This document shows, in pieces, positions 31,141 to 40,281 of a stretch of 64,000 nt of DNA. The DNA comes from an uncultured virus (IMG/VR IMGVR_UViG_3300033149_004104) (Duplodnaviria > Heunggongvirae > Uroviricota > Caudoviricetes). The translations under genes were made by a program, and so were the position numbers. The stretch lies in the IMG/VR virus record IMGVR_UViG_3300033149_004104, positions 62,001 to 126,000 of that record; one strand, given 5' to 3'. Numbering within the stretch: position 1 is the first letter of the stretch; the number at the start of each line of letters is the position of its first letter. The notes beneath the pieces are model-generated. The model made no database searches. It worked only from the letters and a program-made list of their open reading frames with translations, and was not told where the DNA came from.

Positions 31141-32249
31141 GCTATATATTTTTCTCTATTTAAGAATTTTGGTTGCCCCTCAACAAATTTAATTTTATTT
31201 ACATTAAACCAGCATCTTATTAAATTCATCTGTTTTCTATACGTTAGCCCTTCTACCGCCCTGTTCTTATAGATATGATCTCCCCCAAAATCAAAACCAC
31301 TTAACCATATCATATCATACTCTTCATACAAAGCTTGTACTAAAAGAAGCATGCCCGTTTTAAAAGAATTAGTATAAAACAGCTTAACATCTTTGTTGAC
31401 TTTTTCTATAGTATAAACATCATAATCAAGATTATGCTTCTCTTTAAACTCAAGCATATCAAAAACTAAATGCGTAAACCTGGTTCCTACTCTATCAATT
31501 CTATTAAGATTATTATATTCTCTGTAATATGCATCATTACAAACCCATATTTCTTCTCTCCAATTTTTTATAAATCTTCTATTAAGAGAATTCTCTCTAC
31601 TTCTTCCATTTCCTAAAATAAGCACGTTATTAGTTCTTTTAACATTCTCTTCTTGATAACTTTTTACAGGATAATTAACAAAAAAGTTTTCTTTTAAATG
31701 ATCTTCTCCATTCATATATTTTCTAGCATAACTATTTATAGGCATCTCACTTAATATGAAAGGCTTATGATCTATTCCCACAAAATGAATTCTTTCTAAT
31801 CCAAACACCCTTGCTATTTTTCTCCAATTATCCACCCATTTACTTTTATTTCTTCTTTCATGATTTTTTACATATATATCTTTTCCGCCCAGATCAAATC
31901 CTACTAAAAATATCTTACCATAATTTTCATATAATGCCTTTACAACAAGCGTTGACCCGGAATCTTTAATATATCTTTCTGGAATTTCAACTTTTTTTAC
32001 TTCTGGTATACTTAATGCTTTTGTATTTTTACATAATAATTTATAATTTAATTTATATCTTTTTTTAGCTCTATAAGCTTCTTTTAATGCATCCTTATCT
32101 CCTATTAGAATATCTATTCTTGGAATTTTTTTATCAATCAGGTCTTTAAAAGCCCAATTGCAAGTCCAAATTTCTCCTTGCCATTTTTGTATAAAATCCT
32201 GATGTTCTAATCTTGATATTCCGTTACCTATAATAAGAACTTCTTTCAC
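31137..32249 (-). CDS. Double-domain sialyltransferase-fold protein, paralog 1
   Basis: IGNGISR..WTCN..DSG..GFDLGG, then LGNGRSR..WVCN..KTG..GFDFGG. Confidence 0.6.
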   Translation of the reverse strand: MKEVLIIGNGISRLEHQDFIQKWQGEIWTCNWAFKDLIDKKIPRIDILIGDKDALKEAYRAKKRYKLNYKLLCKNTKALSIPEVKKVEIPERYIKDSGSTLVVKALYENYGKIFLVGFDLGGKDIYVKNHERRNKSKWVDNWRKIARVFGLERIHFVGIDHKPFILSEMPINSYARKYMNGEDHLKENFFVNYPVKSYQEENVKRTNNVLILGNGRSRENSLNRRFIKNWREEIWVCNDAYYREYNNLNRIDRVGTRFTHLVFDMLEFKEKHNLDYDVYTIEKVNKDVKLFYTNSFKTGMLLLVQALYEEYDMIWLSGFDFGGDHIYKNRAVEGLTYRKQMNLIRCWFNVNKIKFVEGQPKFLNREKYIA

Positions 32250-32959
32250 TTAAATTTCTCCTTTAGCAATAATTCAACAATTCTAAAGTCCGTCTTTACA
32301 TCTATTTCAAAATGGGTATAATAGTCCATTATAAAAAGCCCAACCGGATCAGTTAACCTGTTTTTTGATTTAATAATATTACTAATCGTGTTTATATACA
32401 TAGCCCCGTTTTCCATATAAATGTTATTTTTGTAAAAACGCTTCTCTTGCCTTAAAGGCCTAGATTTAAAATCATAATTCAAGGGAATAGCCCGAGATTT
32501 TTGATATTTATGGGAAAAACTTTCAGTCCATAAAAACCTGTGATTTAGATCCGCTACTGATAACATTGAATTGTATGACCCCTTTTCATATTCATCAATC
32601 ATTTTATTAACATCCTTATAATTAAGCAAAGGATTAGTAGCTTGGACAAGTATAAAAACGTCTTCATTATTTTCGTATCCTTTTCCCAAATACTCCAATA
32701 TAGCATCCTCGGTTGTTGAATTATCTTGTGCATTTTTATGTTCCCTATCATAAAAGATAATTTTATTAAATTGAAATTTTTTTATTATTAATTTATATTC
32801 TTCCGAATCGATTGCAACTATTATTTTATTAACTTTACTTTGCTGTAGAGCACTTAAAACCCAATATACTAGAGGTCTATGATTAATCTTTTTTATATTC
32901 TTATCTTTTATTCCTTTACTGCCACTTCTTATAGGAACAAACGATATTATATTATTCAT
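32246..32959 (-). CDS. neuA: CMP-nonulosonic acid synthetase (acylneuraminate cytidylyltransferase)
   Basis: VPIRSGSKGIKDKNIK, QATNPL, RPLRQ, ENGAMYI, EIDVKTDF. Confidence 0.9.
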   Translation of the reverse strand: MNNIISFVPIRSGSKGIKDKNIKKINHRPLVYWVLSALQQSKVNKIIVAIDSEEYKLIIKKFQFNKIIFYDREHKNAQDNSTTEDAILEYLGKGYENNEDVFILVQATNPLLNYKDVNKMIDEYEKGSYNSMLSVADLNHRFLWTESFSHKYQKSRAIPLNYDFKSRPLRQEKRFYKNNIYMENGAMYINTISNIIKSKNRLTDPVGLFIMDYYTHFEIDVKTDFRIVELLLKEKFK

Positions 32960-32973
32960 ATAATATTAGTCAC

Positions 32974-33576
32974 TTAAAAAATATAATCAAATCTTTCTAA
33001 ATCATCAGCATATAAAGTACTAACTATATCAACAGATTTTTTATCGTAATATTCTTTATAATTTTTTCTTCGTGGCGCTCCGAAACTTTTATTAATCTGT
33101 TTAGGCTGTGGTATTCCTATTAAATCAAATATGTGGCGTATTTCTTTTTCAAAGTTTTCAAATCTTGCAATATAATCATAATTTTTACTACCTTTAGGAA
33201 TTGCAAACCAACGTAACTGCGGTACATAGTGTATTTTATGTAAAGACTCTTTTAATTGAGTTTGAATAAAATCGTTAAAATCTTTTTTTATAGCACTAAA
33301 TACTTTATTGTCATTTAAATCTTTTTGAGAAAGTGAACCTCTGTTTGCCCGTGACCAATACGAAACAAGTCTATCAAAAGGATTTCTTACAATAGTAAAC
33401 GTAAAGTATTTATCCCATTTTTTGGGGTACGCTTGTATGTATCGAATTGGGAAGGCATGTCTCCCACCTACTTCTTTTGGATTTATGACCATATTTTCAT
33501 CAAATAATGCATTTATCGTATGCCCTCCAGTACGAGGAATACTTACAAAAATCGTCTTGTACTTATCACTTACCAT
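32974..33576 (-). CDS. Sulfotransferase (Sulfotransfer_2-like)
   Basis: IFVSIPRTGG (5'-PAPS site), VRNPFDRLVSYW (3'-PAPS site), HYVPQ, YADDLERFDY. True start probably ATG 33576. Confidence 0.85.
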   Translation of the reverse strand: MVSDKYKTIFVSIPRTGGHTINALFDENMVINPKEVGGRHAFPIRYIQAYPKKWDKYFTFTIVRNPFDRLVSYWSRANRGSLSQKDLNDNKVFSAIKKDFNDFIQTQLKESLHKIHYVPQLRWFAIPKGSKNYDYIARFENFEKEIRHIFDLIGIPQPKQINKSFGAPRRKNYKEYYDKKSVDIVSTLYADDLERFDYIF

Positions 33577-33580
33577 ATTA

Positions 33581-33781
33581 TTATACTCTCGTTGTTTGTA
33601 ATATGAAGAACCCATGCCCATTAGGCCAGCTTTTATAATTATCTTTATATCTACACCCTTGTACACCCCCCCAAGAAATATCATCCCAAAAGATAAATAT
33701 CTTATCCACATAATCAGTTATCGAATTTATAGACTGCTGGACAAAATCTTCCCCATAAAGACATCTATATATTGCTATCAA
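33581..33781 (-). pseudogene. N-terminal remnant of a GT2-like glycosyltransferase (66 aa)
   Basis: MIAIYRCLYGEDFVQQSINSITDYVDKIFIF resembles a GT2-family N-terminus, then terminates. Confidence 0.5.
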
Positions 33782-34469
33782 AATTCTTAATAAACTCCTT
33801 TAATTTTTCAGCATCCCGTATTCTTTCCCATTCTTTCTCTCTATATAATGCTTTTACTTTATCTCGTTTTCTTCTCGCCCTTTGATCTCTATATGTGTCA
33901 TCCAACTCTGACTTACCCACACTGAAATGTAAATGCTCTATATACAGATCAGGTATATATACAAGCCTATCTATTCTTTTTGCTAAATCAGTAAGCCAAG
34001 TATCGTTATAATCTGCACTAAAGTAGGGAGGTACAAAATATCCTACTGTTTCTATCCAATTTTTATGAATAAAGCCATGGGTTCCTAACTCCCCACTATC
34101 TACAATTCCATCTCTACCGTATACGAATAAAATTTTATCAGGATATTTTTCAAATTCGCTTTTAACAATTCTATCCCATTCTTTTGTTTTATAAACAAGA
34201 TCATCTCCTGCATGATGATAAATAGGACCTGTTGCTTTTCTGTAGCATTCATTCCACATATTACTAAGTACAATCCTTTCACCAATAATGAATTTTATAT
34301 TATAATTTTTTTGCAATTCTAGTGCTTTATCTCTTGATCTTTTATCGTCATTATCAATATAAAAAACAATTTCAACACTATTAGAATCCTCTGCTTTAGA
34401 AAATGCTGAATTGCATAATCTTTCCATTCCTGACGGTCTGTTTCTTGTTGGCACTAGTAAACTAATCAA
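33765..34469 (-). CDS. Glycosyltransferase family 2
   Basis: ISLLVPTRNR, IVFYIDNDD, WNEC...GDD, YNDTWL, IEHLH. Confidence 0.85.
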   Translation of the reverse strand: MISLLVPTRNRPSGMERLCNSAFSKAEDSNSVEIVFYIDNDDKRSRDKALELQKNYNIKFIIGERIVLSNMWNECYRKATGPIYHHAGDDLVYKTKEWDRIVKSEFEKYPDKILFVYGRDGIVDSGELGTHGFIHKNWIETVGYFVPPYFSADYNDTWLTDLAKRIDRLVYIPDLYIEHLHFSVGKSELDDTYRDQRARRKRDKVKALYREKEWERIRDAEKLKEFIKNFDSNI

Positions 34470-34473
34470 CTTT

Positions 34474-35049
34474 TTACTCTCCTATTCTAATTATTTCCAC
34501 TCCGGGCTGATCTTTTATATATCTCCAGGGGTCAAGAATACAAGAGCCTTTTGGAAAAGAATATGTTCCAAATTCTTTATGTCTTGTTCCAATAAAATAG
34601 ATAGCTGGCTCTTGTAATGGAGGGGGACTTTTATCAATATACGGATCATACATTTGAGCATCTATATCTTTTTCCCTTAGTATATTCTTTAAAAGGATAG
34701 CGGGGCTACCAACTTCTAAATTAGTCTGTTCTTTAAACGCTTTTCCTAAAATAATTACGGGCAAATCCAACTGCTCTTTCTTTTCTTTTACTAATTCTGC
34801 CAACCATTCAGTTTGTTTTTCTCTGCAAAGCATAATATTTTCAAACCAATCGTACGAAAGATTAAGTTTTCTAGAAAGCCATGAAAGAGCTATATTATCA
34901 CGGGGATGACAATTATGCGAAACAATATTAGATTTTTTCTCTATCCAAAATAAATCATCATTATTCTGATGATTTGGAAATAACTCTAAATTATACACAT
35001 CCCCTTCATAATATAATGTTTCAATTTTTTTAATATTCTTTTTTTTCAT
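34474..35049 (-). CDS. IntC (46 aa) fused to the C-terminal part of a UDP-glucose/GDP-mannose dehydrogenase
   Basis: MKKKNIKKI...DVYNLEL...IVSHN|CHPRDNIAL...ILGKAFK...YDPY...DPWR; own SD AGGAG. Confidence 0.9.
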   Translation of the reverse strand: MKKKNIKKIETLYYEGDVYNLELFPNHQNNDDLFWIEKKSNIVSHNCHPRDNIALSWLSRKLNLSYDWFENIMLCREKQTEWLAELVKEKKEQLDLPVIILGKAFKEQTNLEVGSPAILLKNILREKDIDAQMYDPYIDKSPPPLQEPAIYFIGTRHKEFGTYSFPKGSCILDPWRYIKDQPGVEIIRIGE

Positions 35050-35403
35050 ATTTTAACACTCCTATTAGCTAATCTTCTTTTAATTTCTATTATCATAATA
35101 TAATTTATCCGTTTGTTTTACTTTATCTGCTCGAATAATTTCCATTTTACCATTCCTAAATACAGGAATTAAATGATCCTCAGTACAAATAAATTCTTCA
35201 TCCTGAACAGAGAATTTATACAATTTGCCTTTATATTTTCTTTTAGTTACGTCTTTTATTAATTTTTCTTCTTTTTCAGAACAATCGCTATTAATAGATT
35301 CTATAAAAAATTTTTTATTTTCTGATGAGTGGAAAATCTCATAGAAATCCCCTATAGTAAATATTTCATTATTAACTTTTATTTTTGAATCATATAAAAC
35401 ACA
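34912..35403 (-). mobile_element. Naturally split intein: IntN 35083-35403 (107 aa), IntC 34912-35049 (46 aa)
   Basis: Block A CVLYDSKI, block B CTEDHLI, block F DVYNLEL, block G SHN followed by Cys+1; stop codon, 30 nt gap and new RBS between halves. Confidence 0.9.
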
Positions 35404-36207
35404 TCCTCCACCATCTCCCATTCCGCCCCTCATATATTTATTTGATATAATTCTATCAGTTGCAAGTGAAAGAGCCCTAGTTACTTCATCTACATTTGTA
35501 TTTGGAGTCTTATGACATATCTCCATAACGGTATTCATCATAACTATTTTTGTCGATATCGCAGTGTTATAAACCACTTTTATAAGCTCTGCATTTTCTA
35601 TTGTTGTTTCAAATACAGGACGATCATGTAAAGTTTTATAAAAAAGTTTTACTGTTTCTTTCGCTGCAAAACTATCAGTTCCTAATAATACAAACTCGGG
35701 GTTCATAAAATCGGGTATTGTGGTTCCCATAGCTATAAAGAAAGGATTATAACATAGATCTATATAAGGAGACATAAACGGACGAATTTCTCTTTCAATA
35801 GTCCCTGGTAACACTGTTGAAATAATAACCACAATTTTATGTCTTTTTATTTTATTTAATTCCTCTGAAAGTTGTATTACTGATTCTTTTAAGTAACTAT
35901 AGTCAAAATCTTTTCTTTCATCCGGTAATCTTGTAATTCCTTCATATTTTTCAGCATGAGGCGTTTGTACAGCAATAAAAATTATATCAGAACGCCCCGC
36001 TACATCCTTAATTGGTAATATCTTGATATTACTATTATCGAGTAGCTCTTGAGCCCCCTCTTCTCTATATGGAATTTTTTTATCTTTTATAATTTCTTTA
36101 ACTTTCTCGGAAGGATCATATCCCACTACTGAATGGCGCCCAAATTTTTCTATTGCTAAAGCGCAAGGTAGCCCCAACTTTCCAAGACCTAAAAATCCTA
36201 TATTCAT
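35080..36207 (-). CDS. N-terminal part of a UDP-glucose/GDP-mannose dehydrogenase fused to IntN
   Basis: GLGKLG Rossmann motif, IAVQTP, STVLPGT, YNPFF, AELIKVVYN, GMGDGGG|C. Confidence 0.9.
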   Translation of the reverse strand: MNIGFLGLGKLGLPCALAIEKFGRHSVVGYDPSEKVKEIIKDKKIPYREEGAQELLDNSNIKILPIKDVAGRSDIIFIAVQTPHAEKYEGITRLPDERKDFDYSYLKESVIQLSEELNKIKRHKIVVIISTVLPGTIEREIRPFMSPYIDLCYNPFFIAMGTTIPDFMNPEFVLLGTDSFAAKETVKLFYKTLHDRPVFETTIENAELIKVVYNTAISTKIVMMNTVMEICHKTPNTNVDEVTRALSLATDRIISNKYMRGGMGDGGGCVLYDSKIKVNNEIFTIGDFYEIFHSSENKKFFIESINSDCSEKEEKLIKDVTKRKYKGKLYKFSVQDEEFICTEDHLIPVFRNGKMEIIRADKVKQTDKLYYDNRN

Positions 36208-37205
36208 TTGAAAACTCCTTCGTATATTCTTAAATAATCATTCAATATTTTTTCATTATTCCAATGCTTCTCCATAAATTCTCTTGAATCCCGCTGAAGT
36301 TTCTTTAACAAACTTCTATTTTCATTTAACTCTGTAATTGTAGTAGCTAAAGAGTGCTTATCTGCCAGCACCCAGGGCAATTCATACAATTCGCACTTTA
36401 AGAACTCGGTAAGGTATTGAATCATCCAGTCTTTTAAGTTACACATAACTACTTTCCCTTGTGATAGCCCCTCCAATGATGATAAATGATAGCTGCCAGT
36501 ATAAATATCGTCAATATGAATATCACCTGAGGCTCGTCTTTTTAAACACTCATCAAATCGTTCTCCGTAGATAATATCTTTTTCTATAATACCTTTACTT
36601 TCTAATTCATTTAATATAGCAGAAACCTCGCTATAACTTTTATAAGCCCATGTGGATTTCCTCTTTTTTTTAAGTTTTTCCAACGGCTCCTTATTAGATG
36701 GGCTATAAGTAACTTTTATTCTTTCATTATTAACTTCCTTGTATTGAAGCAAAGGGTCGCATATATCAACAACATTACGCACTGGATAAAAATCATCTTT
36801 AAGTAAAGACTTCAATCTTACCGCTTGATACTGTGCAATACAAGCTATTCTGTCTATTCTTACCCATTTCTTAATAACATTAAACATTTCATTAATTACT
36901 TTCTCAGGCTCACCGTGCATCTGGTACACAAACGGTTTATTAATATTGCTTAGCATTTGCCATCCCTTGCTATTTTTATGTAAAGGAGGCTGATTATGAA
37001 TGTGTATAATATCTGCCCAGTTAAGATATTCTTTAAATTGTTTTAAATCTTCTTTACCTTTACCCCATACAACATCTGGTATTATTTTCATACTACTTAA
37101 TCGAGATTGAATGCACTTTGATTCTATCCCATTTTTATTTAAAAAATTACTTAACCTAACCGGCGCTCCTGCTAATGGTGATCTACAAAGATGCAATATT
37201 TTCAT
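36204..37205 (-). CDS. GT-B (GT4-like) glycosyltransferase
   Basis: MKILHL, WADIIHIHN, YHLSSLEGLSQGKVV, SREFMEKHW. Confidence 0.7.
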   Translation of the reverse strand: MKILHLCRSPLAGAPVRLSNFLNKNGIESKCIQSRLSSMKIIPDVVWGKGKEDLKQFKEYLNWADIIHIHNQPPLHKNSKGWQMLSNINKPFVYQMHGEPEKVINEMFNVIKKWVRIDRIACIAQYQAVRLKSLLKDDFYPVRNVVDICDPLLQYKEVNNERIKVTYSPSNKEPLEKLKKKRKSTWAYKSYSEVSAILNELESKGIIEKDIIYGERFDECLKRRASGDIHIDDIYTGSYHLSSLEGLSQGKVVMCNLKDWMIQYLTEFLKCELYELPWVLADKHSLATTITELNENRSLLKKLQRDSREFMEKHWNNEKILNDYLRIYEGVFK

Positions 37206-37962
37206 CTAGTAGAAACTCCTCATCGTTAAACAATTTAAAGACAACATCATTATAATATTTGTCTTTCATTAAATGTAAGTTTTTCCAACTATTGAGATAA
37301 TCCTTTCTTGAGAACGATAGTTTTCCAACTTTCTTTTTATGCTCGATACTCTTAGCGTATTGCGCACTCTCTTCAGCACTTTCAATATAACTCCCATCAA
37401 ATCCAACATAATATATTTCTTTATATCCCATATACGCTGTAAGAAAATAAAACGCTCCCACTACCGAACCTTGTGCCTGTACAATTATATTATCTTTATA
37501 TTCGGTATTGAAGCTCCCCTTCCGGATATCATTATCATCAATATTATTTGATTTAAAAAAATATATGTTCTTCAGATTCTTTATCTTTTCATAAAGTGAC
37601 ATAATTATTTCTATATCTAATGGGCTATCATTTCTTTTTTCCTTTTTCTCAATATGAAATGAAAAGATAGCATGCGGTAGTAATACATATTGAGCTAAAT
37701 GTAATTTATCTACATTTCTTCTAAGTCCTTGATAATGAAAATTAACAGCATACTGAACACTCTTACTAGCTGTAAAGATAGATATAGCATCAGTAAGTGT
37801 ACAAATATCATACTGCCTTTGCCCTTCCAGTTTCTTAATATTCAGCGTATCTATAGAAGGGCCGGAGCCAATAAGTAAAGCCTTGTTATTTCGAGGCTTC
37901 CTCGGTACTTTTTCTAAAGTAGGCAGAAAAGGCTCTCTTAAGTCATCGACTGTTGTTATCAT
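37183..37962 (-). CDS. GT42 (Cst-II)/Maf-DUF115-like sialyltransferase-fold protein
   Basis: ALLIGSGPSI...GSV...MGYKEIYYVGFD resembles the GNGPS / GYKEIYLxGID motifs. Confidence 0.65.
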   Translation of the reverse strand: MITTVDDLREPFLPTLEKVPRKPRNNKALLIGSGPSIDTLNIKKLEGQRQYDICTLTDAISIFTASKSVQYAVNFHYQGLRRNVDKLHLAQYVLLPHAIFSFHIEKKEKRNDSPLDIEIIMSLYEKIKNLKNIYFFKSNNIDDNDIRKGSFNTEYKDNIIVQAQGSVVGAFYFLTAYMGYKEIYYVGFDGSYIESAEESAQYAKSIEHKKKVGKLSFSRKDYLNSWKNLHLMKDKYYNDVVFKLFNDEEFLLDENIASL

Positions 37963-38699
37963 TTCTTCTTACCTGCTCTTCTTAATCGTGCCTCATAATT
38001 ATAATAATCGGGGTGTTCTATGATTTTTTTTACAATATTATAAATAAAATCATGAGTTTTTATCTTTCCTTTTTGTAGTAATTGCCACATATACTTAGCA
38101 TTAGAATATTGATCATGTGGATCAACACGACCCCGATTTTTTATGTTTGCTTTATCACGAATTTTCTTAGGCAGATAGTCTGGAAAATATTCTCTATAAT
38201 CGTTGGGAATAAATAAATCAGGTTTCATATAATAAAAGTCTATTCCAGTAAACCAAAGTTCTTTTGGATTATATTGTAAAAAATGTTCCATGATAATAGG
38301 GCCGTACAGTACGCCTTTTATTTTTTTGCTAAGTTTTGCTATTGTATCAGCAAGCGTAAATGTAGGAATGGTTTTAGAGTATTTATCAATAAGATTCCTC
38401 TGATTTGTTTTCATTCCTAATAATTTCACCCCATATTTATCTCTCCATGTTTTTAAATACCCCGCCGGTTGCATTTCACGATTAAATTGTACATTCATAC
38501 AAAGTATATCGCATCTCTTACCATAATTCTCCACATAAGCAACTTTATCTAAAAGAAAAATAGCGCCGTTTGTTCTTATTACGCAATCGAAACTGTCTAT
38601 TTCTTTACCGAGATATTTCCCTTGTAATATCGGAGACGGGCCAACAAATATTACTCGTTTCTCTTCTACCTGCTGCTGTAATAACTTTTCTACGTTCAA
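37959..38699 (-). CDS. GT29-like sialyltransferase
   Basis: RVIFVGPSPILQGKYLGKEIDSFDCVIRTN matches sialylmotif L; G...KELWFTGIDFY matches sialylmotif S; HDQ near the C-terminus. Confidence 0.75.
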   Translation of the reverse strand: MNVEKLLQQQVEEKRVIFVGPSPILQGKYLGKEIDSFDCVIRTNGAIFLLDKVAYVENYGKRCDILCMNVQFNREMQPAGYLKTWRDKYGVKLLGMKTNQRNLIDKYSKTIPTFTLADTIAKLSKKIKGVLYGPIIMEHFLQYNPKELWFTGIDFYYMKPDLFIPNDYREYFPDYLPKKIRDKANIKNRGRVDPHDQYSNAKYMWQLLQKGKIKTHDFIYNIVKKIIEHPDYYNYEARLRRAGKKK

Positions 38700-39247
38700 T
38701 ATTTCTTCCTTATAACACAGGATGTATCTTTAAATATTTCATCTGGAAATTTAAGTACTTCATTAAAAGCCTTTCTGACTCCTGGATGATGCTTACTATT
38801 ACTATAATCATGTAGCGCCAGGAAGCCATTTATTTTTAATTTTGGCCACCATAAGCCAATATCTTCCTTTACATTAAGAAAATTATGATTAGCATCGATA
38901 TAAATAAACATTAAAGAGTTATTTTGAAACATTTTACAAGCTTCTTTACTTGTTGTTTTTATTTTATAAATATTAGAATACTTTTTACAAAGTTCATCAA
39001 ATTGCTTTTCTACTATTTCCATAGGATATTTATATGAAGAAGCGTCATTTTTATCATATCCGTTTTTCCAAGCATCAATCGCTATAACCTGATCAAAATT
39101 TTTTGCAAATATTTCTGTACTATCTCCTACGTAAGAGCCTATTTCTACAACTTTGGCAATAGTAGGATCTATTCGCTTTACATAAGCACATAAATCTTGA
39201 AGTCCCGATTTTGCATTTCTAGCTTTTCGTATACTAATTTTTTCCAT
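38696..39247 (-). CDS. Class I SAM-dependent methyltransferase (Methyltransf_24-like)
   Basis: VEIGSYVGDS, IDAW, FIYIDANH, GFLALHDY; start 39247 has SD GGAG. Confidence 0.85.
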   Translation of the reverse strand: MEKISIRKARNAKSGLQDLCAYVKRIDPTIAKVVEIGSYVGDSTEIFAKNFDQVIAIDAWKNGYDKNDASSYKYPMEIVEKQFDELCKKYSNIYKIKTTSKEACKMFQNNSLMFIYIDANHNFLNVKEDIGLWWPKLKINGFLALHDYSNSKHHPGVRKAFNEVLKFPDEIFKDTSCVIRKKY

Positions 39248-40026
39248 TATATCTCCATACGATAATAATACATCCAAAGTTCTTCTAATTCATCATACCC
39301 TTTATTTAATTTATCCCTAGGGGATTTATCCCAAGGCTTTTGACTTACAAAGTGAAGTAGTCTTACTTTTTCGTTAGTTATTCTATACAATAAATCTCTA
39401 TTTCTACTAAAGAAAATTTTATGTTTCTTACCTTTCCACATTCTCTTCTCACAATTATATTCTTTCGGAAGAATGTGAATCATCTTTTTAAAGTATTTAT
39501 TAATAGCTTTTTGATCCGGCATTGAAAATCCCCGCCTTGAAAACTGTAAAATATTTTTATACAGCTTAAAGTCTAGATAGGGTTTATTTACAACAATGAC
39601 GCCAGTATTTATTCCGCTTCGTAGATTATCGCTTCCTGATCCATAAGCCTGCACTCCCGCCAATCTTGCTCCACATCGAAAAAGTGGATTTAAATCTCCT
39701 AATGCAATAGTATCCATATCGATAAAAACAACTCTATCACAATCAGTATAAGAAAAAATATCAAGTTTGTAATACGTATTTTTTAAACAATCGTCTGTTA
39801 TTGACATATTAATGTGTTTATAATTTTCAAATCTTGGTTTTACAAACTCTACATTATCATGTAATAAAGAAGCCATATAACCTTTATTTGAATTAGAAAG
39901 CCCCATATCAATAAATCGCCATTTATAATTTAATATTTTGGGACTATTTTTTACCACCGATTTATAAAAAGCAATAAAGCCGGGCATAAACGCATTATCT
40001 ATCATTGACAGTAGAATAATTTTCAC
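39247..40026 (-). CDS. Glycosyltransferase family 8
   Basis: YYKLDIF, VVFIDMD (DxD), INTGV, DQKAIN, YNC, LLHFVSQKPW. Confidence 0.85.
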   Translation of the reverse strand: MKIILLSMIDNAFMPGFIAFYKSVVKNSPKILNYKWRFIDMGLSNSNKGYMASLLHDNVEFVKPRFENYKHINMSITDDCLKNTYYKLDIFSYTDCDRVVFIDMDTIALGDLNPLFRCGARLAGVQAYGSGSDNLRSGINTGVIVVNKPYLDFKLYKNILQFSRRGFSMPDQKAINKYFKKMIHILPKEYNCEKRMWKGKKHKIFFSRNRDLLYRITNEKVRLLHFVSQKPWDKSPRDKLNKGYDELEELWMYYYRMEI

Positions 40027-40028
40027 TC

Positions 40029-40280
40029 TTATATCTCTTCGTATGTCCTATTAAATATATCGATTTTACAGGGATAGAACTCTCCATTTACTCCTTGTAT
40101 TACATAATTTCCTTTTTCACATTTCATGTCCCCCTCTAACGTTTTTATAACTAAGGCATTACTTGACTCCACAGATAAATGACAATGAGATTTACAAAGT
40201 TTTTTTATCTCATCCAAATTATTTCCATCCCATCTTATTGCTTTCACAATGATTGGCTTCTTTCTGAATTCTTTCCACAC
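40029..40280 (-). CDS. Conserved phage protein
   Basis: FRKKPIIVKA...TLEGDM...GVNGEFYPCKIDIF..TYE, a widespread phage family of unknown function. Confidence 0.75.
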   Translation of the reverse strand: MWKEFRKKPIIVKAIRWDGNNLDEIKKLCKSHCHLSVESSNALVIKTLEGDMKCEKGNYVIQGVNGEFYPCKIDIFNRTYEEI

Positions 40281-40281
40281 T

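Noticed and set aside
33577..33711. N-terminal extension of the sulfotransferase given in the ORF track
   Set aside because: It overlaps the GT stub in another frame; the family motif begins right after ATG 33576.
35050..35082. Sequencing frameshift breaking a contiguous intein
   Set aside because: Clean stop, further stop codons in the gap, a well-placed SD and a basic Met-initiated IntC are all typical of real split inteins.
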